From NCBI GenBank assembly GCA_963814845.1, contig CAWFEP010000001.1, positions 82,932-146,931 on the forward strand: DNA of 64,000 bases, in the 5' to 3' direction. The notes below the pieces were generated by a model. That model made no database searches. It was not told the DNA's origin and saw only the letters and a program-made list of their open reading frames with translations. The position numbers were made by a program, and so were the translations under genes. This document shows, one piece after another, positions 7,418 to 16,473 of the stretch (position 1 is the stretch's first letter; the number at the start of each line of letters is the position of its first letter). Origin of the DNA: an uncultured Actinomycetota bacterium. Its GTDB lineage: Bacteria > Actinomycetota > Actinomycetes > JAFAQI01.

Positions 7418-9685
7418 ATGTCGACCCTTTTTGATGAGCTTGGCGAACCCACTGAGCCTCCCCGCGAGCGGGTCCGTCCGCATGCCGTGATCGACCCTGA
7501 GACGCTGCTCGAAGGACTCAACCCGCAACAGCGGGCGGCGGTGGTTCACGAGGGCGGCCCGCTGCTCATCGTCGCGGGAGCGGGGTCGGGCAAGACTCGG
7601 GTGCTGACCCACCGCATCGCCTGGCTGCTCGGTGAGCGCGGTGTCCAGCCGGGTCAACTTCTCGCGATCACCTTCACCAACAAGGCCGCGGGGGAGATGA
7701 AGGAGCGCGTTGCGCGCCTGGTTGGGCCGCGTGCGCGGGCGATGTGGGTCTCGACGTTCCATTCCGCCTGCGTCCGGATCCTCCGGGCCGAGGGCAAGCG
7801 GCTCGGCTTCACGAGCAGCTTCTCGATCTATGACGCGGACGACACGCGCCGGCTGATGACCACGGTGTGCCGTGACCTGGACTTCGACCCGAAGCGACTG
7901 TCGGCCCGGTCGGTCGCGGCGCAGGTGTCCAACCTCAAGAACGAGCTGGTGGACTTCGAGACTGCGAAGGCGCGCGCCACCAGCCATCTCGAGCGCATGG
8001 TGGCCGACGCGTACGGCCTCTACCAGGACCGGCTCCGCCGCGCGAACGCGATGGACTTCGACGACCTGATCATGACCACGGTCAGCCTGCTGCAGGTGTT
8101 CCCAGACGTGGCCGAGCACTATCGGCGGCGCTTCCGGCACGTGCTGGTCGACGAGTACCAGGACACCAACCACGCGCAGTACGTCCTGGTTCGCGAGCTT
8201 GTCGGAGAGGGCGAGGACGCTGCCGAGCTCTGCGTTGTCGGCGATGCTGACCAGTCGGTCTATGCCTTTCGGGGCGCCACGATCCGCAACATCCTGCAAT
8301 TCGAGGCGGACTATCCCGACGCGACCGTGATCCTGCTCGAGCAGAACTATCGCTCGACCCAGACCATCTTGAGCGCCGCGAACGCGGTGATCTCGCGCAA
8401 CCCGGATCGCAAGCCGAAGCGGCTGTGGTCCGACGCCGGCGACGGCCCGAAGATCATCGGATACGTCGCTGACAACGAGCACGACGAGGCGGCGTGGATC
8501 GCCGGCGAGATCGACCGGTTGTCCGACGAGGAGGGCATCCGGGCCTGCGACGTCGCAGTCTTTTACCGGACCAACGCGCAGAGCCGGGTGTTCGAAGAGG
8601 TGTTCATCCGGGTCGGTTTGCCGTACAAGGTCGTCGGCGGGGTGCGTTTCTACGAGCGCCGCGAGGTGCGCGACGCCTTGGCATATCTCAAGGTCCTCGT
8701 GAACCCCGCTGACGCGGTCTCGCTGCGCCGGATCGTCAATGTCCCGAAGCGGGGTATCGGCGACACGTCCGAGGCGGCGATCGCCTCGCTGGCTGAGCGT
8801 GACCGGACGACCTTTTTCGACGCGCTGCACCACGCGGCCGACGCACCCAACCTCGCTGTCCGCTCGCTCAACGCGATCCAGGGTTTCGTGACCTTGATCG
8901 ATGAACTCACCGAGAAGGCCGGCGCCGCGCCTGGCGATGTGCTCGAGGCGGTGCTCGACCGCACCGGCTATCTCGCCGAGCTGCGCGCGAGCGCCGATCC
9001 GCAGGACGAGGGCCGGGTGGAAAACCTCGAGGAGCTCGTCTCCGTCGCCCGGGAGTTCGAGCAGACCCGGCCCGACGGCACGCTTGGCGACTTTCTCGAG
9101 CAGGTGGCGCTGATCGCCGACGCTGACCAGGTGCCAAGCGCCGACGGCTCCGACGGTGTTGTGACGCTGATGACACTGCACACCGCGAAGGGGCTGGAGT
9201 TCCCGGTGGTGTTCCTGTCGGGGATGGAGGACGGCGTCTTCCCCCACATGCGCTCGATGGGCAACTCCGCTGAGCTCGAAGAGGAGCGGCGGCTCGCCTA
9301 TGTCGGGATCACTCGAGCGGAGAAGCGGTTGTACGTCAGCCGAGCCAACGTGCGCTCGGCGTGGGGCTCACCGGCGTACAACCCGCCCTCGCGCTTCCTC
9401 GATGACATTCCGGCCGAGCTCATCGAGTGGCACGGCGCGACCGGCGTGACGGCCTCGCAGCAGGCGATCGAGAAAGCCAACCGCCGAGGTCGCTCAGCCG
9501 GCACTGGGCTGCGGCCGGTCCCGTCGCTGTCTCCGGGTGATCGGGTGACCCACGATGCGTTCGGGATGGGGCGAGTCGTCGCGGTCCGCGGAGCGGATTC
9601 ATCGGCCGAGGCAGAGGTCGACTTCGGGGACGAAGTGGGCAGAAAGCGCCTCCTGCTGCGCTACGCACCGATCGTCAAGCTCTGA
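7418..9685 (+). CDS. pcrA: ATP-dependent DNA helicase PcrA (UvrD/Rep superfamily 1)
   Basis: 755-aa ORF with LNPQQRAAVVHEGGPLLIVAGAGSGKTRVLTHRIAWLL (motifs Q and I), FHSACVRIL, VLVDEYQDTNHAQY (DExx), VVGDADQSVYAFRGA, LEQNYRST, VFYRTNAQSR, TLHTAKGLEFPVVF and RRLAYVGITRAE. Confidence 0.95.
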   Translation: MSTLFDELGEPTEPPRERVRPHAVIDPETLLEGLNPQQRAAVVHEGGPLLIVAGAGSGKTRVLTHRIAWLLGERGVQPGQLLAITFTNKAAGEMKERVARLVGPRARAMWVSTFHSACVRILRAEGKRLGFTSSFSIYDADDTRRLMTTVCRDLDFDPKRLSARSVAAQVSNLKNELVDFETAKARATSHLERMVADAYGLYQDRLRRANAMDFDDLIMTTVSLLQVFPDVAEHYRRRFRHVLVDEYQDTNHAQYVLVRELVGEGEDAAELCVVGDADQSVYAFRGATIRNILQFEADYPDATVILLEQNYRSTQTILSAANAVISRNPDRKPKRLWSDAGDGPKIIGYVADNEHDEAAWIAGEIDRLSDEEGIRACDVAVFYRTNAQSRVFEEVFIRVGLPYKVVGGVRFYERREVRDALAYLKVLVNPADAVSLRRIVNVPKRGIGDTSEAAIASLAERDRTTFFDALHHAADAPNLAVRSLNAIQGFVTLIDELTEKAGAAPGDVLEAVLDRTGYLAELRASADPQDEGRVENLEELVSVAREFEQTRPDGTLGDFLEQVALIADADQVPSADGSDGVVTLMTLHTAKGLEFPVVFLSGMEDGVFPHMRSMGNSAELEEERRLAYVGITRAEKRLYVSRANVRSAWGSPAYNPPSRFLDDIPAELIEWHGATGVTASQQAIEKANRRGRSAGTGLRPVPSLSPGDRVTHDAFGMGRVVAVRGADSSAEAEVDFGDEVGRKRLLLRYAPIVKL

Positions 9686-9775
9686 AATTGTCGACCTGAT
9701 TCCCTGAACGGCTTCTCAGGTTCGCGACGTGTCTCCGGTTAGGCTGAAGATCACAAATCATCTGGAAGGGTTGTT

Positions 9776-10663
9776 GTGGGACGCAAGACCAATAAGCAGC
9801 GCCGCCAGCAACACTCCACCACGGCGCGTGAAAAGGCGGCGATCGCCAGAGCCGAGCAGCAGCGGGCTGACCAGCGCCGCCGCGCGATGACCGTGCTCAG
9901 CACGATCGTCGTTCTCGCCGTTCTCGGCGCCGTCTTCGCGTTCGTGGCGATCAACCACAAGGGGAAGAACACGGCCGCGGGAAATCGCGTCGCCGCATCC
10001 TCGAGCGTCCTGAACAAGGTCTACTCGGTGACACCGGCGACCCTGGAGTCGGTCGCCGGCGGTTCGGACACCCTGTTGCCGAAGAAGATCGGCGACCCGC
10101 CTCTGACCTCTGGCGGAAAGCCCGAGGTGCTGTTCATCGGCGCGGAGTTCTGCCCGTTCTGCGCTGCTGAGCGCTGGCCGCTGGTTCAGGCGCTGTCGCG
10201 GTTTGGAACCTTCAGCAACCTCAACGAGATCAGCTCGTCGAGCACGGACACCGACGCCAACACGCCGACATTCAGCTTCTACAAGTCGAGCTACACCAGC
10301 AAGTATCTCTCGTTCGTCTCGGTTGAGGATGAGACCCGTACGCAGGGGAGGCTGGAGAACCCAACGACCGCCGAGAACAAGCTCTGGGTCAAATACACCG
10401 GCAATCCACCTGGCTTCCCGTTCATCGATTACGGCGGGAAGTTCGTGCAGACCACCCAGAGCTACGACCCGGCGATCCTGGCGGGCATGACGCAGATCCA
10501 GATCGCGGCACAGCTCAACACGCCGAGCAGCACGATCGCGAAAGCGATCGACGGCGGCGCGAACATGACGACCGCGACGATCTGCACCATGATCGAGAAC
10601 CGCGACACGAAGGTGTGCCTGCAGCCCGCGATCACCAACTTGCAGAGACAGATCGGTGCCTGA
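9776..10663 (+). CDS. DUF929 family protein (membrane-anchored, thioredoxin-like CPFC motif)
   Basis: 295 aa. It has a basic N-terminus, one TM helix ([22 protein letters not shown]) and then [32 protein letters not shown]. From memory this is the hallmark of DUF929 proteins. A GGAAGGG RBS lies upstream of the GTG at 9776. Confidence 0.75.
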   Translation: MGRKTNKQRRQQHSTTAREKAAIARAEQQRADQRRRAMTVLSTIVVLAVLGAVFAFVAINHKGKNTAAGNRVAASSSVLNKVYSVTPATLESVAGGSDTLLPKKIGDPPLTSGGKPEVLFIGAEFCPFCAAERWPLVQALSRFGTFSNLNEISSSSTDTDANTPTFSFYKSSYTSKYLSFVSVEDETRTQGRLENPTTAENKLWVKYTGNPPGFPFIDYGGKFVQTTQSYDPAILAGMTQIQIAAQLNTPSSTIAKAIDGGANMTTATICTMIENRDTKVCLQPAITNLQRQIGA

Positions 10664-11123
10664 GGCCCGCAACGTTCGTTGGGCAGCACCGCTCACGCTG
10701 CCGTTGGCGATCGTCGGGCTGCTCCTGTCGATCTATCTCACCAAGCTGCACTTCGAGCATGCGACGACGATTCCGCACTGTTCGGAGAGCACTCACGTCA
10801 ACTGCCTGAAGGTCACGACCAGCTCGCAGTCGGAGATCTTCGGCCATATCCCGGTCGCGCTCGCCGGTCTCGCGTACTACGTCGTGATGGTCGTGCTCGT
10901 CAGCCCCTGGGCGTGGCGGGCGGCAAATCCGTGGATCGGCCGGCTCCGGCTGGCCGGAGCGGTCGCCGGCATCGGGATGGTCTGTTATCTCGTGTTCGTC
11001 GAGGCGGTGCAACTGAAGGCGATCTGCCTGTATTGCACGGGGGTCCACGCCGTCACGTTCTTGCTGTTCCTTTCGATCTTGGCCGCGTACCTCTTGCGCC
11101 CGCTCGACCCCGTCGAGGCCTGA
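10656..11123 (+). CDS. vitamin K epoxide reductase (VKOR) family protein
   Basis: 155 aa with four or more hydrophobic segments. The loop cysteines are [10 protein letters not shown] and the active-site CxxC (CLYC) sits in the last TM, as in bacterial VKOR/DsbB analogues. It overlaps the upstream gene by 8 nt. Confidence 0.85.
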   Translation: MPEARNVRWAAPLTLPLAIVGLLLSIYLTKLHFEHATTIPHCSESTHVNCLKVTTSSQSEIFGHIPVALAGLAYYVVMVVLVSPWAWRAANPWIGRLRLAGAVAGIGMVCYLVFVEAVQLKAICLYCTGVHAVTFLLFLSILAAYLLRPLDPVEA

Positions 11124-11963
11124 GTGGCGACCGCGGACCCCGCGGAGGCGCAGCGGGCCGCACAGCGCCACCGAGCGCAACTGATCCTCACCAGCGTGGT
11201 GGTGATGGCGGTCGTCATCGCCGGGATTGCGGTTATCGCCCTGCACAAGCCCGCGAAGAGCAATCCGGCTGGTGATCGCGTGACGGCGTCGTCCACGGTC
11301 GTCACTGACGTCACGACGGTGTCGGACGCGACGTTGGCGAAGGTCGGCGTCGGCAAGATCTTGACCGTGCCGACGCCGGTGACCGGCGAGCCACCGCTGG
11401 TGTCGAACGGCAAGCCCGAGTTGCTCTACATCGGCGCGGAGTTTTGCCCGTACTGCGCGGTTCTCAGGTGGTCGCTGGCGATCGCGTTGTCGAAGTTCGG
11501 CACGCTGTCCAACCTCGGCGAGGTGCGATCCGCCACGGATGACGGCAACTTCGCGTCGCTGGACTTCCATGGCTCCGGCTATACGAGCAAATACCTGACC
11601 TTCACCCCGGTCGAGAATGAGGATCGAAACCACCGGCCGCTGCAAAGCGTCACCGCGGCGCAGAAGGCGCTGTGGACCACGTTGGACAAGGGCGCGCTCG
11701 GCTATCCGTTCGTGTCGTTTGGCAACAAGCTGGCGTTCACGTCCGCGCCGCTCGACCCGACCGTGCTCGGTGGCCTGAGCCAGCGGCAGATCGCCGCGCA
11801 GCTCAACGACCCGACCAGCAAGGTTGCGCAGACCGTCGACGGCGGCGCGAACGTCGTGATTGCCGCGATCTGCGAGATGACCGGCAACCAGCCGAACTCG
11901 GTGTGCAGCACGGCGCTGACCACGACCTTGCAGTCAGCGATGAAAACCGCTGTCAGCGGCTGA
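11124..11963 (+). CDS. DUF929 family protein, second paralog (CPYC motif)
   Basis: 279 aa. The GTG start immediately follows the VKOR stop. It has a TM anchor and then LLYIGAEFCPYCAVLRWSLAIALSKFGTLSNL. It aligns along its length with the 9776-10663 product. Confidence 0.75.
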   Translation: MATADPAEAQRAAQRHRAQLILTSVVVMAVVIAGIAVIALHKPAKSNPAGDRVTASSTVVTDVTTVSDATLAKVGVGKILTVPTPVTGEPPLVSNGKPELLYIGAEFCPYCAVLRWSLAIALSKFGTLSNLGEVRSATDDGNFASLDFHGSGYTSKYLTFTPVENEDRNHRPLQSVTAAQKALWTTLDKGALGYPFVSFGNKLAFTSAPLDPTVLGGLSQRQIAAQLNDPTSKVAQTVDGGANVVIAAICEMTGNQPNSVCSTALTTTLQSAMKTAVSG

Positions 11964-11985
11964 AGCCGGGGTCGGCGGCGCGCCG

Positions 11986-12732
11986 CTAGAGAGACGAGCG
12001 GGCCCAGTCGACCGATTGCGGGGCCACCGTGGGAGTGCCGATGTCGAGCTGGATCGTCGCGTGCGCAGTGAGCGGAATCGAACGGAGGTTGCCCGCGTAA
12101 AGCTTGCCGTTTACGTACGCGGTCACCTTGCCCTGCACGGTCGCGACCTGATCGCTGGTCAAGGGTTGCTTCCACTCGTCGAAGAACTGGCCCAGGGTGT
12201 AGATCGTCTTCGTGGGCGACTCGATGTGGATCACGCCGTCCTGCACGTGGGTGTGTAGCCAGTAGTAACAGTTGCTCGCTTGGGCGAAGCCGCCGGTGGG
12301 GGTCTGCTGCACGACTGGTTTGACGATGCCGATACCCAGCGGGATCGGGCGGAGCCGGCCGTTGTCGTACACCGCGAGGTGAGCGTGAATGTGGTACGCC
12401 ACCTGCTCGGCGCTTTGGCATTCGATGCCGTCAACCGGCTGCCCGCTCGCCGCCGTCGATGCTGGGGCGAGAACGACACCCTGCTCGATCGGGATCGCCT
12501 CGGGGCCGATCACGACCTTGCCGGTCGTGGTCGGCGTAGGCGTGGTGGTGTTCTTGCTGGATCCGCCACCGCTGGTGATCGCGATCACCACCACCGCGGC
12601 GGCGACGATGACAAACGCTGCGACGATCGCCGACCAGCGGATGGTGAGCCGTCGCCGGTCAAGGCGTGCTTGCTCGGCACGAGCAGCAGCGGCGCGCTCG
12701 CGAGCGCGACTCTTCGGGGGCGGGGGCGTCAT
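11986..12732 (-). CDS. hypothetical membrane-anchored exported protein with His-rich motifs
   Basis: 248 aa. It has a basic N-terminus, a TM anchor (WSAIVAAFVIVAAAVVVIAI), a Thr/Pro linker and a globular part with AYHIHAHLAVY and CYYWLHTHVQDGVIHIE. I do not recognise a named family. Confidence 0.6.
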   Translation of the reverse strand: MTPPPPKSRARERAAAARAEQARLDRRRLTIRWSAIVAAFVIVAAAVVVIAITSGGGSSKNTTTPTPTTTGKVVIGPEAIPIEQGVVLAPASTAASGQPVDGIECQSAEQVAYHIHAHLAVYDNGRLRPIPLGIGIVKPVVQQTPTGGFAQASNCYYWLHTHVQDGVIHIESPTKTIYTLGQFFDEWKQPLTSDQVATVQGKVTAYVNGKLYAGNLRSIPLTAHATIQLDIGTPTVAPQSVDWARSSL

Positions 12733-12758
12733 CTCACCATCATCAACGAGCGGAGGTC

Positions 12759-13661
12759 TTAGCGACTATGACGGGCGCGGGCGCGTTTCGGCTCAGTGTC
12801 TGGGGTGGCCGGTTCTGACAGCGCCGCGGCGGTTCCGAGCCGGGTCACGCCTGCCGTGACCGTCGCGCCGTCGGAATCCAGCAGTGCGAGCGTCGCGGTG
12901 ATCTCCCGGACCACCCGACGGTCGATCGGGAGTGACGTATGGCCCACGCCACTGACCTTGATGTTGCGGGCACCGAGATCGGGATGGTCCAGGATCGCGG
13001 CCTCTTTCGGTGACATGAGCGCGTCGATGTCACTCCAGAACGACACGAACCGGGTCTGACAACCGGGCGCCTCCTCGGCGAGCTCGGCGACCACCTCGCT
13101 GCCCGGTGTGAGCTGCTGGCAGACGCCGCGCGGAAACAGCCGAGCCGCACGGGTGCCTTGGTGCGGTGTGCCGAGGGTCACCAAGGTGTGGACGTGGGCG
13201 TCGCCGCCCAGCCGCTGCACGTAGTAGCGCGCGACCAGGCCGCCCATCGAGTGCCCGATGACGTGAATTCGCTCGTACCCGGTCTGCTCGCAAATCCCAT
13301 CGACCGCGGTGGCGAGCTGGCGCGCCGCGGCGCGAAGGTCAGTGGTCCAGATTCGGTAGTTCATGGTCCACACCCGGCCGAAGCCACGGCGTCGCAGATG
13401 ACGGCGGAGAAGCGTGAAGATCGAGCGGTTGTCGACCAGGCCGTGCACGAGCAAGATCGGCGTGCCGGCGGCCTCGACGTCACCGATGAGCAGCCCACGA
13501 CGGACCGGCGAGAGCCGGCCGAGGGAAAACCGGTCAATGTCGGGGCGGATCCGCTCCTCGGCAACGCCGAACGGGTAGCTGACGACGTGGGCCGCGATCC
13601 ACGCGACTTCGACGGCGGTGCCCTTGAGCCCGGATCGGCTCAGCATCGCGAACCTCGTCAA
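12759..13661 (-). CDS. alpha/beta hydrolase (lipase/esterase family)
   Basis: 300 aa with PILLVHGLVDN and the nucleophile elbow VIGHSMGGLVARYY, followed by LVTLGTPHQGT. Confidence 0.8.
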   Translation of the reverse strand: MTRFAMLSRSGLKGTAVEVAWIAAHVVSYPFGVAEERIRPDIDRFSLGRLSPVRRGLLIGDVEAAGTPILLVHGLVDNRSIFTLLRRHLRRRGFGRVWTMNYRIWTTDLRAAARQLATAVDGICEQTGYERIHVIGHSMGGLVARYYVQRLGGDAHVHTLVTLGTPHQGTRAARLFPRGVCQQLTPGSEVVAELAEEAPGCQTRFVSFWSDIDALMSPKEAAILDHPDLGARNIKVSGVGHTSLPIDRRVVREITATLALLDSDGATVTAGVTRLGTAAALSEPATPDTEPKRARARHSR

Positions 13662-13826
13662 ACCAGCGCCCTCCGTCCGCCCGGTCAGCCAAAAGTCGTC
13701 GCGTCGTGAGGCGCAAACGTTACCCGGTTGGCCGCCGGGAAGGCGGCGTTTGTGGGAGAACGTCTATTCTTTGAGCGGCTGCGGCTCTTCGAGGGTCCGT
13801 GACAGCCAGGTCGAGGAGGTCACGCC

Positions 13827-14228
13827 GTGCCGATCCGTGTGGTCGTCGCCAAGCCAGGCCTTGACGGCCACGATCGTGGCGCCAAAGTCGTCGCCCGCGC
13901 GCTGCGCGACGCCGGCATGGAGGTCATCTACACCGGCCTGCATCAGACGCCTGAGCAGATCGTGGCGACCGCGATCCAAGAGGACGCGCACGCGATCGGG
14001 CTCTCGGTCCTCTCCGGGGCCCACATGACGCTGTTCACCCGGGTGTTGGAGCTGCTCGCAGCCAGTGACTCGCGCGACATCGTTGTCTTCGGCGGCGGGA
14101 TCATCCCGGACGGCGACATCGCGCCGTTGAAGGAGCTCGGTGTTGCCGAGGTCTTCACTCCGGGCACCCCGACGTCGGCGATCGTGGAGTGGGTCAACAG
14201 CCACGTCACCGTGAGCGGCGACGCGTAG
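13827..14228 (+). CDS. stand-alone cobalamin (B12)-binding domain protein (methylmalonyl/isobutyryl-CoA mutase small-subunit-like)
   Basis: 133 aa. [36 protein letters not shown] contains the DxHxxG B12-binding signature. GLSVLSGAH and VFGGGIIP follow. Confidence 0.85.
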   Translation: MPIRVVVAKPGLDGHDRGAKVVARALRDAGMEVIYTGLHQTPEQIVATAIQEDAHAIGLSVLSGAHMTLFTRVLELLAASDSRDIVVFGGGIIPDGDIAPLKELGVAEVFTPGTPTSAIVEWVNSHVTVSGDA

Positions 14229-14299
14229 GCGCCGTGCAGCGCGCCTGCGATCGGCACATCCCCTGTCTTGAGCAAAACCGCGGCCGGTAACGTGTCTGC

Positions 14300-14347
14300 G
14301 CTGCCAAGTTTTTGGGCTGCCAGGCTTTTGGGCTGCCAAGGAGAAGG
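14300..14347. repeat. 16-bp direct repeat x3 in the sucC leader; the last copy carries the RBS
   Basis: gctgccaagtttttgg (14300-14315), gctgccaggcttttgg (14316-14331) and gctgccaaggagaagg (14332-14347). The sucC GTG is at 14357. Confidence 0.85.
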
Positions 14348-14356
14348 AGTCAATGC

Positions 14357-15547
14357 GTGGACCTGTTCGAGTGGCAGGCCAAGGAGCTGTTCGCCAAGTA
14401 CGGCGTACCGACTACTCGACAGGTCGTGGTCTCGACCGTCGATGAGGTTCGCGGCGCGGCCGAGCAGCTCGGTGGCGGTCCGGTGATGGTCAAGGCCCAA
14501 GTCAAGGCCGGTGGCCGCGGCAAGGCCGGCGGTGTGAAGTACGCACCGACCGCCGACGATGCCGTCGAGAAGGCCGGCGCGATCTTCGGCATGGACATCA
14601 AAGGCCACACCGTGCGGACCATCCTGATCTCCGAGGCCGCTGACATCAGCGAGGAGTACTACTTCTCCTTCCTGCTCGATCGCGGCAACCGCTCGTACCT
14701 CGCGATGTGCTCGGCCGAGGGCGGCATGGAGATCGAGGAGCTCGCGGTTGAGCGCCCGGAGGCGTTGGCCCGGGTGCCGATCGACCCGGTGGCTGGGGTC
14801 GACGCAGCGAAGGCGCTCGAGATCGCGACGGCCGGCAACATCCCTGCGGTCGTCCGCGACCAGGCTGCCGCTGCAATCGAGAAGCTCTGGGAGGTGTTCG
14901 TCGGCGAAGAGGCGACGCTCGTCGAGGTCAACCCGCTGGTCCGGACACCGGACGACCAGATCCTCGCGCTCGACGGCAAGGTCACCCTCGACGAGAACGC
15001 GGCCTTCCGGCACGCCGAGGTGCATGACGCCTACCGCGACATCTCTGCGACCGACCCGCTTGAGGTCCGGGCGATGGAGCTCAACCTCAACTACGTCAAG
15101 CTCGACGGCGAGGTCGGCATCATCGGAAACGGCGCCGGCCTTGTCATGTCGACACTGGACGTCGTCGCCTATGCCGGGGAGAACGAGGGCGGAGTGCGGC
15201 CTGCCAACTTCCTCGACATCGGCGGTGGCGCATCGGCCGAGGTCATGGCCAACGGCCTCGAGGTCATCCTGTCGGACCCGTCGGTGCGCTCGGTGTTCGT
15301 CAACGTCTTCGGCGGCATCACGTCGTGCGACGCAGTGGCCAACGGCATCGTTCAAGCGCTCGCCCTGCTCGAGAGCAACGGTGAGCAGGTGACCAAGCCG
15401 CTCGTCGTGCGGCTCGACGGCAACAACGCCGAGGAGGGCCGTCGAATCCTCACCGAAGCCGCTCATCCACTGGTCGAGCAGGTCGACACCATGGATGGCG
15501 CTGCCCAGCGGGCGGCGGAGCTGGCGAACGTCGGAGGGGCGGTCTGA
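14357..15547 (+). CDS. sucC: succinate--CoA ligase (ADP-forming) subunit beta
   Basis: [19 protein letters not shown]..., [21 protein letters not shown]...[26 protein letters not shown] and [11 protein letters not shown] chose the GTG at 14357, preceded by AAGGAGAAGGAG. The track ORF starts at 14312. Confidence 0.95.
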   Translation: MDLFEWQAKELFAKYGVPTTRQVVVSTVDEVRGAAEQLGGGPVMVKAQVKAGGRGKAGGVKYAPTADDAVEKAGAIFGMDIKGHTVRTILISEAADISEEYYFSFLLDRGNRSYLAMCSAEGGMEIEELAVERPEALARVPIDPVAGVDAAKALEIATAGNIPAVVRDQAAAAIEKLWEVFVGEEATLVEVNPLVRTPDDQILALDGKVTLDENAAFRHAEVHDAYRDISATDPLEVRAMELNLNYVKLDGEVGIIGNGAGLVMSTLDVVAYAGENEGGVRPANFLDIGGGASAEVMANGLEVILSDPSVRSVFVNVFGGITSCDAVANGIVQALALLESNGEQVTKPLVVRLDGNNAEEGRRILTEAAHPLVEQVDTMDGAAQRAAELANVGGAV

Positions 15548-16413
15548 TGGCGATCTGGCTGAACGCTGAGAGCAGGGTGATCGTTCAGGGCATCACCGGC
15601 TCTGAGGGCACCAAGCACACCCGTCGCATGGTCGCGTCGGGCACGAACGTCGTTGGTGGCGTCAACGCCCGCAAGGCCGGCACCGAGGTCGATGGCATCC
15701 CGGTCTTCGCGACCGTCGCAGAGGCTATGGCGGCGACCGGCGCGAACGCCTCGGTCGGTTTCGTGCCGCCGCCGTTCGCCCGAGACGCGGCACTCGAGGC
15801 TATCGACGCTGCGATCCCGCTGCTCGTGGTCATCACCGAGGGCGTGCCGGTGCAGGACACGGCGTACTTCTTTGCCTATGCCCGCGAGCGCGGCACGACC
15901 CGGATCATCGGGCCGAACTGCCCTGGCTTGATCTCACCTGGTCGCTCAAACGCCGGCATCATCCCAGCCGACATCACCGGACCTGGCCGAATCGGGCTGG
16001 TCTCCAAGTCCGGCACCCTGACCTACCAGATGATGTACGAGCTGCGAGACATTGGCTTCTCGACCGCGGTCGGGATCGGCGGCGACCCGGTCATCGGCAC
16101 GACGCACATCGATTGTCTCGCAGCATTTCAGGACGACCCCGAGACCGATGCGATCGTCATGATCGGCGAGATCGGTGGCGACGCCGAAGAGCGCGCGGCG
16201 GAGTTCATCAAGGCCAGCGTGACCAAACCGGTCGTCGGCTACGTCGCCGGTTTCACTGCGCCGGAGGGCAAGACGATGGGTCACGCCGGGGCGATCGTGT
16301 CCGGCTCGTCTGGGACCGCGGCCGCGAAGGCCGAGGCGCTCGAGGCGGTCGGGGTCCGGGTTGGCAAGACGCCGAGTGAGGCAGCGCGGCTCATGGCGGA
16401 GATCGTCGGATAG
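15547..16413 (+). CDS. sucD: succinate--CoA ligase subunit alpha
   Basis: 288 aa with [36 protein letters not shown] and [10 protein letters not shown] (phosphohistidine loop). Its start overlaps the sucC stop. Confidence 0.95.
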   Translation: MAIWLNAESRVIVQGITGSEGTKHTRRMVASGTNVVGGVNARKAGTEVDGIPVFATVAEAMAATGANASVGFVPPPFARDAALEAIDAAIPLLVVITEGVPVQDTAYFFAYARERGTTRIIGPNCPGLISPGRSNAGIIPADITGPGRIGLVSKSGTLTYQMMYELRDIGFSTAVGIGGDPVIGTTHIDCLAAFQDDPETDAIVMIGEIGGDAEERAAEFIKASVTKPVVGYVAGFTAPEGKTMGHAGAIVSGSSGTAAAKAEALEAVGVRVGKTPSEAARLMAEIVG

Positions 16414-16473
16414 CGCCACCGCGGGGCCATATCGGCGGCGCAAGAGCGACCGGCATGGGCCATTGGTGCGGTT

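Noticed and set aside
7328-9247. 639-aa ORF on the minus strand opposite pcrA
   Set aside because: Arg/Gly/His/Val/Leu-rich composition with no recognisable motif. It lies entirely antisense to a helicase with all SF1 motifs. This is a typical GC-rich shadow ORF.
13943-15466. 507-aa minus-strand ORF over the B12-domain gene and sucC
   Set aside because: It is antisense to sucC, whose identity is unambiguous, and has no domain signature.
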